From Candidatus Angelobacter sp. (GTDB taxonomy: Bacteria; Acidobacteriota; Terriglobia; Terriglobales; Acidobacteriaceae), in NCBI GenBank assembly GCA_035316085.1, contig DATFXI010000294.1, forward strand, positions 1 to 62,124: a stretch of DNA of 62,124 bases, written 5' to 3'. Positions 14,167 through 22,842 of this stretch are shown here, piece by piece (position 1 is the first letter of the stretch; every line of letters starts with the position of its first letter). The notes under the pieces were generated by a model, which worked only from the letters and a program-made list of their open reading frames with translations, did not search any database and had not been told where the DNA came from. The position numbers and the translations under genes were made by a program.

Positions 14167-14613
14167 ATGCGCAACGGTTCAGGCCAATCCGGGATCGAGG
14201 AGACAAGAAAAGAAATGACGGTGAAGCGAATTACGCCCGTTCTGTATGTCAAAGAAATCGAGCCCTGTGTGACGTTCTGGGTAGACGGCCTGGGCTTCAA
14301 GAAAACAGTCGAGGTCCCGGACGGCGATCGCCTGGGCTTCGTCATTCTGCAAAAGGGAAGCCTGGAGATCATGTATCAGAGCTTTGCCAGTGCGGAGAAG
14401 GACGCCCCCATGGCGGCCGAGGAGATCGATGGCGGTCGCACTTTTCTTTACGTTGAGGTAGACAGTTTGCAAAGCGTCATGGACGCGGTCAGGGACGCGC
14501 GCATCGTGCTCCCCCTGCGGACTACCTTCTACGGGGCAACTGAGATCGGCGTGAAGGACCCCGCCGGACATGTGATTGTGTTCGCTGAGATGACGGCTGA
14601 GCCCCAAAACTAA
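14167..14613 (+). CDS. VOC (glyoxalase/bleomycin-resistance) family protein
   Basis: ITPVLYVKEIEPCVTFWVDGLGF....E......GFVILQKGSLEIM is a VOC pattern. AAGGAGA lies 9 nt upstream of the ATG at 14167. An alternative start is at 14215 (MTVKR). Confidence 0.8.
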   Translation: MRNGSGQSGIEETRKEMTVKRITPVLYVKEIEPCVTFWVDGLGFKKTVEVPDGDRLGFVILQKGSLEIMYQSFASAEKDAPMAAEEIDGGRTFLYVEVDSLQSVMDAVRDARIVLPLRTTFYGATEIGVKDPAGHVIVFAEMTAEPQN

Positions 14614-14727
14614 CCGGAGTTCACTACAATTCCGCGCGCTCGTTACTGCGGCGGCCACGGCAAGGGCCTATGCCGCGATGCAGCAGGCAAAACTGACACG
14701 GCATCCAATCGGGAGGAGGAAAAACGG

Positions 14728-14913
14728 ATGCCGGATGATAAGCGCAAGCGTGGATCGCAAGATCGTAACCTTATCAGCTTAACCCAAGAACATGAAGTGC
14801 GTTATTGGACCAAGGCGCTGGGAGTGAGTCGAGAGCACTTAGAGGAATTGGTGCGCCAGCACGGCCACTCTGCCGCGAAGATACGCGAGGCATTGAAAAA
14901 GAAAGCGGCCTGA
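14728..14913 (+). CDS. DUF3606-family small protein
   Basis: 61 aa. I.L.QEHEVRYWTKALGVSREHLEELVRQHGHSAAKIREAL is the typical DUF3606 signature. GGGAGGAGG SD upstream. Confidence 0.8.
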   Translation: MPDDKRKRGSQDRNLISLTQEHEVRYWTKALGVSREHLEELVRQHGHSAAKIREALKKKAA

Positions 14914-15016
14914 GCTGAATAGCACTTTCGGCGGCGCCATGGAACGCCGTCCGTCTGTCGCCTCACATTCAAATTGTTCTCCGACATGACGGCTGCAGCC
15001 AAAACGAAGCGAGATT

Positions 15017-16087
15017 TCATTTCGGTTTCGCGCGCTCGTACTGCGGCGGCCACTGGATATCGTGCCCGAGCGCTCGCGCCGCGATGAGCGGCCAGTAAGG
15101 ATCGCGCAGGAACTGACGCGCCAGAAACACCACATCTGCCTGGCCGGCGCGAATGATGTCATCGGCCTGCTTGGGTTCAGTGATCAAGCCGACGGCGCCG
15201 GTCAGGATGCCGGCTTCGCCGCGAAGGTGTTCGGCAAACGGCACTTGATATCCCGGGCCGAGCGGAATTTTGGCCGAAGCAATGTTACCGCCGGAAGAAC
15301 AATCGATTAGGTCCACGCCGAGCTTTCCAAGGACTTGCGCCAGCGCCACAGAATCCTCGATCGTCCAGCCGCCTTCCGTCCAGTCGCTGCACGAGAGGCG
15401 AAGAAACAGAGGGTACTTCTCAGGCCAGACTTTGCGCACCGCCATCACGGTCTCACACACCAGGCGAATGCGGTTGGGGAATGTGCCGCCGTATTTGTCG
15501 GTCCGTTGGTTGCTGAGCGGGGAGAGAAACGAGTGCAGCAGATATCCATGGGCTGAGTGAAGTTCAACTAATTTGGCGCCGGCGGCTTCCGACCGGCGCG
15601 CAGCAGCAGCAAACGAATCGATGATGGTTGCTATCTCGGCTTCGCTCAGCGCGCGCGGTAGCTGATAACCTTCCGCGAAGGCGATGGCGCTGGGCGCAAC
15701 AATCGGCGTCCATCCGCCGGCTTCCGGCGCCAGCGGCCTGCCGCCTTTCCATGGTTCCATGGTGCTGGCTTTGCGTCCGGCGTGCGCCAGTTGGATCCCG
15801 GGAACCCCGCCTTGCTGCTCGATGAAAGAGAACGCGCGGCGCAGCGGCTCAATCTGCTGGTCGTTCCACAAACCAAGGTCCGCAGGACTGATCCGGCCGT
15901 CCGCGGTCACCGCGGTCGCTTCGGCAAATACCGCGGCGGCGCGTCCCACGGCGCGGCTGCCCAGGTGCACTAAGTGCCAGTCTTGCGCCATGCCGTCGCG
16001 GCAGGAATATTGGCACATGGGAGAGACGAAAATACGATGAGAGAAATCTAAACTGCGGATCCGCAGCGGCTCAAATAAGTGTGGCAT
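15017..16087 (-). CDS. NADH:flavin oxidoreductase, Old Yellow Enzyme family (YqjM/NamA-like)
   Basis: MPHLFEPLRIRSLDFSHRIFVSPMCQYS..., HAGRKAS, ELHSAHGYLLHSFLSPLSN, and the characteristic tail QWPPQYERA. Confidence 0.9.
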   Translation of the reverse strand: MPHLFEPLRIRSLDFSHRIFVSPMCQYSCRDGMAQDWHLVHLGSRAVGRAAAVFAEATAVTADGRISPADLGLWNDQQIEPLRRAFSFIEQQGGVPGIQLAHAGRKASTMEPWKGGRPLAPEAGGWTPIVAPSAIAFAEGYQLPRALSEAEIATIIDSFAAAARRSEAAGAKLVELHSAHGYLLHSFLSPLSNQRTDKYGGTFPNRIRLVCETVMAVRKVWPEKYPLFLRLSCSDWTEGGWTIEDSVALAQVLGKLGVDLIDCSSGGNIASAKIPLGPGYQVPFAEHLRGEAGILTGAVGLITEPKQADDIIRAGQADVVFLARQFLRDPYWPLIAARALGHDIQWPPQYERAKPK

Positions 16088-16199
16088 AAAGTGAAGAATT
16101 CATTGTAAATAAGGGCAAGAATCACGGGTATCTTAGTGGATATCCTTGGGGTCTTTTGACGATTGAATTTTGTTCGAAAAGAGTTCAGAGTTTGTGAGT

Positions 16200-16496
16200 A
16201 TGGAGCAGTCTCCGTTGAGGAACGACAGGTATAAAGATGAATGGGGAACCGGCACACGGGAAGGCTATGAGGACCGTGGCGCGTTCCGTCCGCCTCGTGA
16301 ACCGAAAAGACAGTCAGGAAGTTCGCTGCTGCGCACTTTGGGTGCGTTGGCTATCGTGGGCGGCGTCTTTTGGGGGACGTATCTTTGGACGCAGGAGCAC
16401 GATATCGTGCAGGCCCTGCAGCAGAACCACGGTCCCGTCGCCGTCATTGCGCTGGGCGTGGTTGCCTCGTTGCTGGGAAAATATATCCGCGTCTAG
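16200..16496 (+). CDS. Small hypothetical membrane protein
   Basis: Charged N-terminus followed by two hydrophobic helices (LLRTLGALAIVGGVFWGTYLW; PVAVIALGVVASLLG). ATG at 16200; the track start at 16170 is TTG. Confidence 0.45.
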   Translation: MEQSPLRNDRYKDEWGTGTREGYEDRGAFRPPREPKRQSGSSLLRTLGALAIVGGVFWGTYLWTQEHDIVQALQQNHGPVAVIALGVVASLLGKYIRV

Positions 16497-16505
16497 AGTG
16501 TCAGG

Positions 16506-17564
16506 CTAGCGCGCGGTTGCGTAATACCCGGCTCTGGCCTGGACCACCAGGTCCTTCTGCTTCGTCTTCAAGCTGATTTTGTGATAGCCGGAGCCTGGAT
16601 CGGTGCGGTCCGGCGTGTAACCCAGGTTGTACTGGTTGCGCAACTCGTCTTCAATCTGCGAGTAAATCTTGCCGACCGTTTCCTTTCCGGAGACTTCGAA
16701 AAGACGGCCACCGGTTTCCTTGGAGATCTGCTCGAGGACTTTCTTCCCGTCAACCTGTTCCTCCGGATAACGGCCGCGACCGCCACGGTGCCCGCCGAAC
16801 CCTCCGAAGCCCGAATATGGTTCGTCGCCCTTAAAAAAGATGGCGTAGACAATGGTGTCCGCGCGTTGCGCGGCCTCAATCGCGCTCTTCAGCGACTCAA
16901 TGCTGCCATGATCAACGCCGTCGGAAAGGATCACGACCGCTTTCCGCCCTGTCTGCTTCTTCATCAGGTCGTTGGAGGCGAGATAGACGGCGTCATAAAG
17001 GTGCGTTCCACCGCCGCTGTGTGAACCGCCCGTGCCGCCGCGGCGACGCGGATATCCCGGACCTCCTCCGCGCTGGCGATCCAACTGCGGCGGTTGCAAC
17101 TGGTCCATCGCCGACCGCAGCTTCTCTCGCGAATCGGTCAGGTCCTCGAGAAGTTCTACGTCAAAATCGAAATGAATCAGGAACGCCAGGTCTTTATCGG
17201 GCCGCAACATGTCGTCGAGAAAACTGAAACTTGCCGTCCGCTCCTGGTCTAGCACCCGAAGCTGGCTTAGGCTGGTGTCCACCAGCAGGCCCAAAGTCAG
17301 TGGCAGATCGCTCTCACGCGCAAAATAATGGATGGACTGCGGCCGGCTGTCTTCTTCCAAGATGAAATCGTCCTTGGTCAGATCGTGAATGATCTTGCCA
17401 TGTTTATCGCGCACGGTAGCGGGAACGTTGACGACTTTTACCTGCACGCTGTACTTCGGTTCTTGCTGCGCCGGCGCTGGCCCCCCGGACAGCGTCAAGT
17501 TGGCCACTGCCAACAGCGCCGTTGTGCGCCACCATTTGCGCTGCGGCTCACTGGATTTCGCCAT
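16506..17564 (-). CDS. VWA domain protein of the Acidobacterial VWFA-related type
   Basis: Signal peptide, then YSVQVKVVNVPATVRDKHGKIIHDLTKDDFILEEDSRPQSIHYF, the typical N-terminus of this family. A VWA core follows (VVILSDGVDHGS). Confidence 0.85.
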   Translation of the reverse strand: MAKSSEPQRKWWRTTALLAVANLTLSGGPAPAQQEPKYSVQVKVVNVPATVRDKHGKIIHDLTKDDFILEEDSRPQSIHYFARESDLPLTLGLLVDTSLSQLRVLDQERTASFSFLDDMLRPDKDLAFLIHFDFDVELLEDLTDSREKLRSAMDQLQPPQLDRQRGGGPGYPRRRGGTGGSHSGGGTHLYDAVYLASNDLMKKQTGRKAVVILSDGVDHGSIESLKSAIEAAQRADTIVYAIFFKGDEPYSGFGGFGGHRGGRGRYPEEQVDGKKVLEQISKETGGRLFEVSGKETVGKIYSQIEDELRNQYNLGYTPDRTDPGSGYHKISLKTKQKDLVVQARAGYYATAR

Positions 17565-17771
17565 TTGCCTCTCTCCAACTGGTTTAAGCGCGCCCCCGCA
17601 TCGGACATGCGCCGGGGGATGACAGCCCTAATGATCGTCTGTGCAAGCCTGTGTTCTAGGATGAGCCCAATTCCCCGCGAGTCACGCAGCCGAATCGTTA
17701 AAAAATGTAAGGGAGGCCGCCGCCTGCCCTGGACTCACAGCTAACCTGTGCGAAATCAATCGAATAAAGAT

Positions 17772-17845
17772 ATTTTGAACTGATTCAATACTTTCCTTGA
17801 CAAAGCCGGTGGCCAGCTTTAGGATTATTTTGAACGCGTTCAATA
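17772..17845 (+). promoter_or_regulatory. Promoter (TTGACA-N17-TAGGAT) bracketed by two copies of the 19-nt operator ATTTTGAAC-N3-TTCAATA
   Basis: Operator copies are at 17772..17790 and 17827..17845 and differ only in the central 3 nt. The second contains the perfect palindrome TTGAACGCGTTCAA. -35 at 17797..17802, -10 at 17820..17825. AAAGGAGG SD, then ATG at 17864. Confidence 0.6.
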
Positions 17846-17863
17846 TTCCATAAAGGAGGCACC

Positions 17864-18295
17864 ATGAACGAAGCTACGATTATTGTCAGCGCTTATGTGG
17901 TGTACTTGCTCGTCAGCGTAACGCTAACTATCTGGGTGGCGCGCACCCTGCACCAACGCGGGGCCATCTTTTTGGTGGACGCCTTCCACGGCAATGCCGA
18001 GTTGGCGGCTTCCGTCAACCATCTGCTGGTAGTGGGTTTCTATTTGATCAACATCGGGTTTGTCAGCCTGGCACTCAAGAGCAATGCCCATATCGCGACT
18101 GCGCGTGACGCGATCGAGATGCTCAGCGACAAACTTGGCTGGGTTCTGCTGGCACTGGGCAGCATGCACTTCTTCAACCTGTTCGTCTTTTCACGCATCC
18201 GCAGCCGGGGACGCATGCGCGTTCCACCCCCGCCGCCGGTTGCGCCCGATGCCATCCTTCGTGTTGCGCCACCGCCCCCTCAGGCCGCGAGGTGA
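17864..18295 (+). CDS. Hypothetical integral membrane protein with Pro-rich tail
   Basis: 143 aa with 4 predicted TM helices and a C-terminal PPPPPVAP...PPPPQ. It is the first gene behind the operator-flanked promoter. Confidence 0.7.
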   Translation: MNEATIIVSAYVVYLLVSVTLTIWVARTLHQRGAIFLVDAFHGNAELAASVNHLLVVGFYLINIGFVSLALKSNAHIATARDAIEMLSDKLGWVLLALGSMHFFNLFVFSRIRSRGRMRVPPPPPVAPDAILRVAPPPPQAAR

Positions 18296-18298
18296 ACC

Positions 18299-18748
18299 AT
18301 GAATACGCTCTACGTGCTTTATGATCCCAAGTGCGCGCTGTGCCAGCGACTGAAAGACTGGCTGCTGGGACAGCCCTCCTGGCTGCGACTGTGCGTGGTT
18401 CCGGCGGGCTCGAAGAAAGCGAGAGAGATGTTCCCTACTCTTGACCAGATTGCTTCCACGAACGATCTGGTGGTCATCAGCGACGAAGGCCAGGTCTATC
18501 TCAACGACCGCGCCTGGATCATGGTCATGTATGCGCTCGAGGAGTATCGCGACTGGGCGCCGCGCCTGACGCATCCTTTGTTGATGCCGCTCGCGCGCCA
18601 GGCCTTCGCCGCGATTTCCAAGAACCGGCACGCCTTTTCGCGCTGGCTGCTCGTTGCCGATCCTGAAGCTCTGGCCGGAGAGTTCCGCCAAGTGAAGCTG
18701 GAGCCGTGCGCCGTGGACCAGGAAACGATTTCGGACTACTTACAATGA
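18299..18748 (+). CDS. DCC1-like thiol-disulfide oxidoreductase (DUF393 family)
   Basis: N-terminus LYVLYDPKCALCQRLKDWL carries the CxxC motif characteristic of DUF393/DCC proteins. Confidence 0.7.
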   Translation: MNTLYVLYDPKCALCQRLKDWLLGQPSWLRLCVVPAGSKKAREMFPTLDQIASTNDLVVISDEGQVYLNDRAWIMVMYALEEYRDWAPRLTHPLLMPLARQAFAAISKNRHAFSRWLLVADPEALAGEFRQVKLEPCAVDQETISDYLQ

Positions 18749-19428
18749 CAACATCGCAACTGAAACCCCGTCCTACACCCCGCGCCGAGGACACGCGGCG
18801 GCGGATTTACGAATCCGCGCTCAAGCTGTTTCGCGAAAAAGGATTCGAGCCGACCACCATGCGCGATATTGCCGGCAGGGCCGGCGTGGCCCTGGGCGCC
18901 GCCTATTATTACTTCTCTTCGAAGGAAGCGATTGTGCTCGAGTTTTATCAGGAGATGCAGGAGAGCAGCCACGATGCCATCCTGGAGGCGCTGTCCGGAG
19001 AAAAGAAACTGAAGGACCGCATTCGCGTGGTACTGGAAAAGCGTTTTGAGCTCCTGGCGCCCAACCGCAAGTTCTGCGACGCGCTCTTCCGCCACGCTCC
19101 CGACACACACGATCCATTGTCCCCGTTCAGTGTGGAGACGCGTCCCATCCGCGAGCGTGCTATCGAACATCTGCGCGTCGCGCTCGAAGGCGGCGACGTG
19201 AAAGTCCCCGCCGACCTGAAACCGCAGCTGCCGTTCTTGCTTTGGCTTTACCAGATGGCGATGATTCTCTTCTGGCTTTACGACCGCTCGCCGCGCCAGG
19301 AGCGTACGCAAAAACTAGTGGAGAAGAGCCTGGGTCTGCTGGTAAGCTTGCTGCGCATGTCGGGACTGCCGCTGATGAAGCCCGTACGCAAAACAGTGCT
19401 GGAGCTGGTGGAGACGTTAGCGGTGTAA
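18745..19428 (+). CDS. TetR/AcrR-family transcriptional regulator
   Basis: HTH RRRIYESALKLFREKGFEPTTMRDIAGRAGVALGAAYYYFSSKEAI. The ATG at 18745 overlaps the upstream stop (ATGA). Confidence 0.9.
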   Translation: MTTSQLKPRPTPRAEDTRRRIYESALKLFREKGFEPTTMRDIAGRAGVALGAAYYYFSSKEAIVLEFYQEMQESSHDAILEALSGEKKLKDRIRVVLEKRFELLAPNRKFCDALFRHAPDTHDPLSPFSVETRPIRERAIEHLRVALEGGDVKVPADLKPQLPFLLWLYQMAMILFWLYDRSPRQERTQKLVEKSLGLLVSLLRMSGLPLMKPVRKTVLELVETLAV

Positions 19429-19449
19429 GGGTTTTTCCGTCTGCGATCG

Positions 19450-21153
19450 TCAGCCCTCTTCCAGCTCAATCTTCTTTGCCGCCGCATCCAGCGCGACGAT
19501 TCGGAAGCTGCGTATCTCGCCTGAGCGGGCGGATTCCGGTTTCGATGTAGCGCTTCCTCCGCCACTCTTCCAACGGGCTTGCAACATGGAGCTTAGTGAC
19601 GACAAATCTGCCTTGACTTCCTTGCGCGCCGGTTTGCTTGCACTCGCTTTTTCCGCGCTCGCTGCGGCCAGGCGGCACGGAGCGTAAACGCCTTCGCCCA
19701 GCTCCACGCGCGCGGTTCCACCGGAGACTTCGACTACGCGTCCGCTGACCACATCGCCTGGCTTGTGTTCGGCAAAGTATTCGTCGAGACTCGAGGGCGC
19801 CATCTGCTTGATGCCCAGCTTGACGCGCCGTCTCTCCAGGTCCAACTCGAGCACTTGCGCCTTGACCCGTTGCCCAACCTTCAGCATTTCCTGGGGATGA
19901 TTCAATCGCTTCTCTGCGCTGATGTCGCTGATGTGAATCATGCCTTCGATGCCCTCAGCCAGCTCAACAAAGGCGCCGAACTTGGCCAGGCTGGTCACCG
20001 GGCCTTCCACCACGGAACCTACGGGGAACCTCTGTGCCGCATCGGCCCACGGATCGCCCAGCGTCTGCTTAAGCCCGAGCGACAACCGGCGCTCGCCGGC
20101 ATTCACGCCCAAAATCACGGCTTCCACAGTTTCACCCGGTTTGACCACGTCGCTGGGTCTGCGCACCTTTTTGATCCACGACATCTCTGACACGTGGACC
20201 AGGCCTTCAATTCCCGGCTCCAGCTCCACAAACGCTCCGAAATCAGTCACGCGGGTCACTGTGCCGCGCACGCGCTCGCCGGCTTTGTATTTTTCCGCGG
20301 CCGAATCCCAGGGATGCGGTTGCAGCTGCTTCATGCCCACCGAGATGCGTTGCTTGCCAGGATCGGTGGTGATTTTCAGGATCTTGACCTCGACTTCCTG
20401 ACCCACGGAGAGCACGTCGGCGGGATTGCTGACACGGCTCCACGCCAGATCGCTGACGTGCAGCAGCGCATCCACCTCGCCAATATCAACGAATGCGCCG
20501 TACGCGGCCAGGCTGCGTACGGTGCCGCGCACCGTTTCGCCCTCCTTGATCTCGGAGTATCGGCGCTCCTTGACAGCGAGCTCTTCCGCCTCAGCGACTA
20601 CCCGGCGGTCCACCACGACATCTTCATCCGCGACGTCGAGTTTGATGATTCGGCAACGAATCTCCTGCCCTACCAGTTTCTCCATCTCCGCGGCATCACG
20701 CGCCCGGCTGCGCGACGCGGGCAGAAATGCGCGCACGCCCACATCCACGCTCAGCCCGCCCTTCACCACTCCGATGACTGTCCCGGATATGGTGGTCTTC
20801 TCGGCAAACGCCCTTTCCAGCGATTCCCAATCTTTCGGCTGCGCCACGCGGCCGCGGGAAAGTTCGTAGTAGCCTTCCGCATTGCGGCCTTTTACCGTGA
20901 CCGGCAGCCTGTCGCCTGGCTTTACGGCTTGGCCCGGGAACGCCGTCAGCGGCAGCACGCCCTCAGTTTTGAAACCGATATCCAGGATCACCGAGTCGGG
21001 GGTGAGGGCGATTACCGTGCCTTCGCGCGGCTGCCCGCCGCCGGTGGCCTGAGAATGGCTCTTCTCGTACTGAGAAAGCATGTCGTCAAATGATTCGTCG
21101 AGTTCGGTGGATTCTGCCAGGGAATTGGATTCAGGAAGATCGGGATTGGACAT
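19450..21153 (-). CDS. rpsA: 30S ribosomal protein S1
   Basis: Six consecutive S1 domains (repeated G..V.G.V......GAFV.....EG..H.S patterns). I prefer the start at 21153 (MSNPDLPES). Confidence 0.9.
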   Translation of the reverse strand: MSNPDLPESNSLAESTELDESFDDMLSQYEKSHSQATGGGQPREGTVIALTPDSVILDIGFKTEGVLPLTAFPGQAVKPGDRLPVTVKGRNAEGYYELSRGRVAQPKDWESLERAFAEKTTISGTVIGVVKGGLSVDVGVRAFLPASRSRARDAAEMEKLVGQEIRCRIIKLDVADEDVVVDRRVVAEAEELAVKERRYSEIKEGETVRGTVRSLAAYGAFVDIGEVDALLHVSDLAWSRVSNPADVLSVGQEVEVKILKITTDPGKQRISVGMKQLQPHPWDSAAEKYKAGERVRGTVTRVTDFGAFVELEPGIEGLVHVSEMSWIKKVRRPSDVVKPGETVEAVILGVNAGERRLSLGLKQTLGDPWADAAQRFPVGSVVEGPVTSLAKFGAFVELAEGIEGMIHISDISAEKRLNHPQEMLKVGQRVKAQVLELDLERRRVKLGIKQMAPSSLDEYFAEHKPGDVVSGRVVEVSGGTARVELGEGVYAPCRLAAASAEKASASKPARKEVKADLSSLSSMLQARWKSGGGSATSKPESARSGEIRSFRIVALDAAAKKIELEEG

Positions 21154-21231
21154 GAGGGACCAACGTCTCGCTAAGAAGTTATAGAGGTAGGATAACATCA
21201 GCCGCGAGGCAGGGCGTTCCTCGGCAGCAGG

Positions 21232-21795
21232 TTACGCCTGCGCTGTGGCGGCAGCAGGGGCTTTTTCCCGCAGCTTGTGGCACCGCCACCCGAACCACGC
21301 GACTGTACCCAGCATCCCACCCCAGGCTATGAAGCGGACTGCGGTGCCGATCTGAATGGCGTGCGGCAGCACACCGAGACGGGTAAAGATGTTGACCCAG
21401 TCATGCTGGGATTCGTCGGCCACGGCGCCTACTGTTACTAAGGGCAGCTCCAGCCGCAGCGCATCGATCATATAGGTAGCCACGCCGGTCAGGCTGTGGA
21501 AGAACGCCACCGTGCAGAAGGCGGTCCCGGGAACCTCGCGCCGCGCGGCAAAACTCACTGCTAGTGCGGCCGGAACCAGAAGCTGGAGAATCGTCCCGCC
21601 CCAGAGACCCAGGGTGTCTCCTAGATAGCTAAACAGCAAATGCCCGGCTTCATGAATGGGCAGATGAGCGTTATCGAGCAGGGTCAGCTCGTGAAAGTTC
21701 AACGCCAGAAAGAAAAGCAGCAGCGCATAGAAAACGGACCAGCCGATGAACGCCAGGCGTCCGACTGGCTGCCACTTGATTTCAGGAATGCTCAT
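21232..21795 (-). CDS. Hypothetical membrane protein with HExxH motif
   Basis: 187 aa with about 5 TM helices and LPIHEAGHLLFSYLG, a possible metallopeptidase-type motif. No further assignment. Confidence 0.65.
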   Translation of the reverse strand: MSIPEIKWQPVGRLAFIGWSVFYALLLFFLALNFHELTLLDNAHLPIHEAGHLLFSYLGDTLGLWGGTILQLLVPAALAVSFAARREVPGTAFCTVAFFHSLTGVATYMIDALRLELPLVTVGAVADESQHDWVNIFTRLGVLPHAIQIGTAVRFIAWGGMLGTVAWFGWRCHKLREKAPAAATAQA

Positions 21796-21956
21796 CGTTC
21801 TTCATGGATATCACAGGGAGAACCTGGTTGCGGCGATCGTGAAGACTGAAAGTAACGTGATTGAAGTAACGTTACTGCCCTAAAGCATACCAAGCAGCGT
21901 TCTAAGGTCTTCGAGCGATTCGTGGAAACGGTCACAGGCCCAACAATGTTTTGCCC

Positions 21957-22160
21957 ATGAATACGATTGTCAACAAATTTGTGCAGGCCCACGACCGGTA
22001 TATGGAGTTGGACCGTATTCGCACGCAATGCGCCAGCCCGGCAGAACGCGAGTCGATCCACATTGCGATCCTCACTGCTTACCTTGAAGTCCAGTTTCAT
22101 GCGCGGCAGATCGCCGGTCTGCAGTTCGCTGACGGCATGGATTTCGCCGAAGTGAACTAA
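21957..22160 (+). CDS. Small hypothetical protein
   Basis: The 67-aa ORF has helical-looking, balanced composition and G/C-rich third positions. It ends 9 nt before the large palindrome. I prefer it over the antisense ORF 21792..22238, but the call is uncertain. Confidence 0.35.
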   Translation: MNTIVNKFVQAHDRYMELDRIRTQCASPAERESIHIAILTAYLEVQFHARQIAGLQFADGMDFAEVN

Positions 22161-22168
22161 GGAGAATC

Positions 22169-22264
22169 GGGTAATTGAGTAATTTGGTAATTGGGTAATT
22201 GCCGAGAGGCTCAGCAGCCTGGTTTTCCAATTACGCAATTACCAAATTACCCAATTACCAAATT
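22169..22264. repeat. ~96-bp imperfect palindrome built from GGTAATTG(N) units (REP-like element / bidirectional terminator candidate)
   Basis: The left arm 22169..22202 (GGGTAATTGAGTAATTTGGTAATTGGGTAATTGC) pairs with the right arm 22227..22264 over ~34 bp with 2 mismatches. The 24-nt loop holds its own AGGCT-CAGC-AGCCT hairpin. It lies between convergent genes. Confidence 0.75.
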
Positions 22265-22315
22265 TTCTTACTCTCTTCCTGAACAACCATTCACCCTTGA
22301 CACTTCCTCTTCGAA

Positions 22316-22726
22316 TCACTCCCTGTAGAGCCCTGCGCCGGCGAGCGTGGCCAGGATAAGCGCCGGCAGCGTCCCGATCATGAGCGGGATAACCGTACTC
22401 GGCGGGAAAATACCGAAAGAACACCAGGTGGCATCGCCCAAGCTGACGATGAACCACCATGCGAACGCCGCGATAAGTGCGGCCTTCGCGCCCGGGCCGT
22501 AGCGCGGACGGATGGCGGCGTAGAGCCACAGGATGGAGATGCCCTCGAGCAAATCGAGAACGAGATTGAAGAGAACGAAGCCGGGCGTAGGTGCGGCCAG
22601 ACGGTTATGGGGCAGAGCAGCGAAGTTGCGCCCGAGCAGTGCCGTGACCGCGGTGCCAAGGATGATCCAAACGATCCCCGCCAGCAGTCCGCAGCCGAGC
22701 ACGCGAGCCCAATTGATCTTGCCCAT
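22316..22726 (-). CDS. Hypothetical integral membrane protein
   Basis: 4 TM helices. I prefer the start MGKINWARVLGCGLLAG at 22726. Confidence 0.6.
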   Translation of the reverse strand: MGKINWARVLGCGLLAGIVWIILGTAVTALLGRNFAALPHNRLAAPTPGFVLFNLVLDLLEGISILWLYAAIRPRYGPGAKAALIAAFAWWFIVSLGDATWCSFGIFPPSTVIPLMIGTLPALILATLAGAGLYRE

Positions 22727-22842
22727 GAGTTCGGATTGATTATCTGAGAGATTGATCGAACCAGCAAGCAGGCTCTTCGATTGAGTTCGGGATGCTCCAA
22801 GTTTTGACCGCAAATGAATTGGACGTCACGACACGAAAACGC

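Noticed and set aside
21792-22238. 148-aa minus-strand ORF overlapping the palindrome and ending in an ATGA junction with 21232..21795
   Set aside because: It starts inside the repeat element and its translation is Arg/Ser/Cys-rich and unconvincing. The opposite-strand ORF (21957..22160) has a more protein-like composition and G/C-rich third positions. This remains unresolved, so confidence in either ORF is low.
22169-22264. GGTAATTG repeat cluster as a CRISPR array
   Set aside because: The units are 8-9 nt and directly abutting, with no spacers. The two halves are arranged as an inverted repeat. No cas genes are present.
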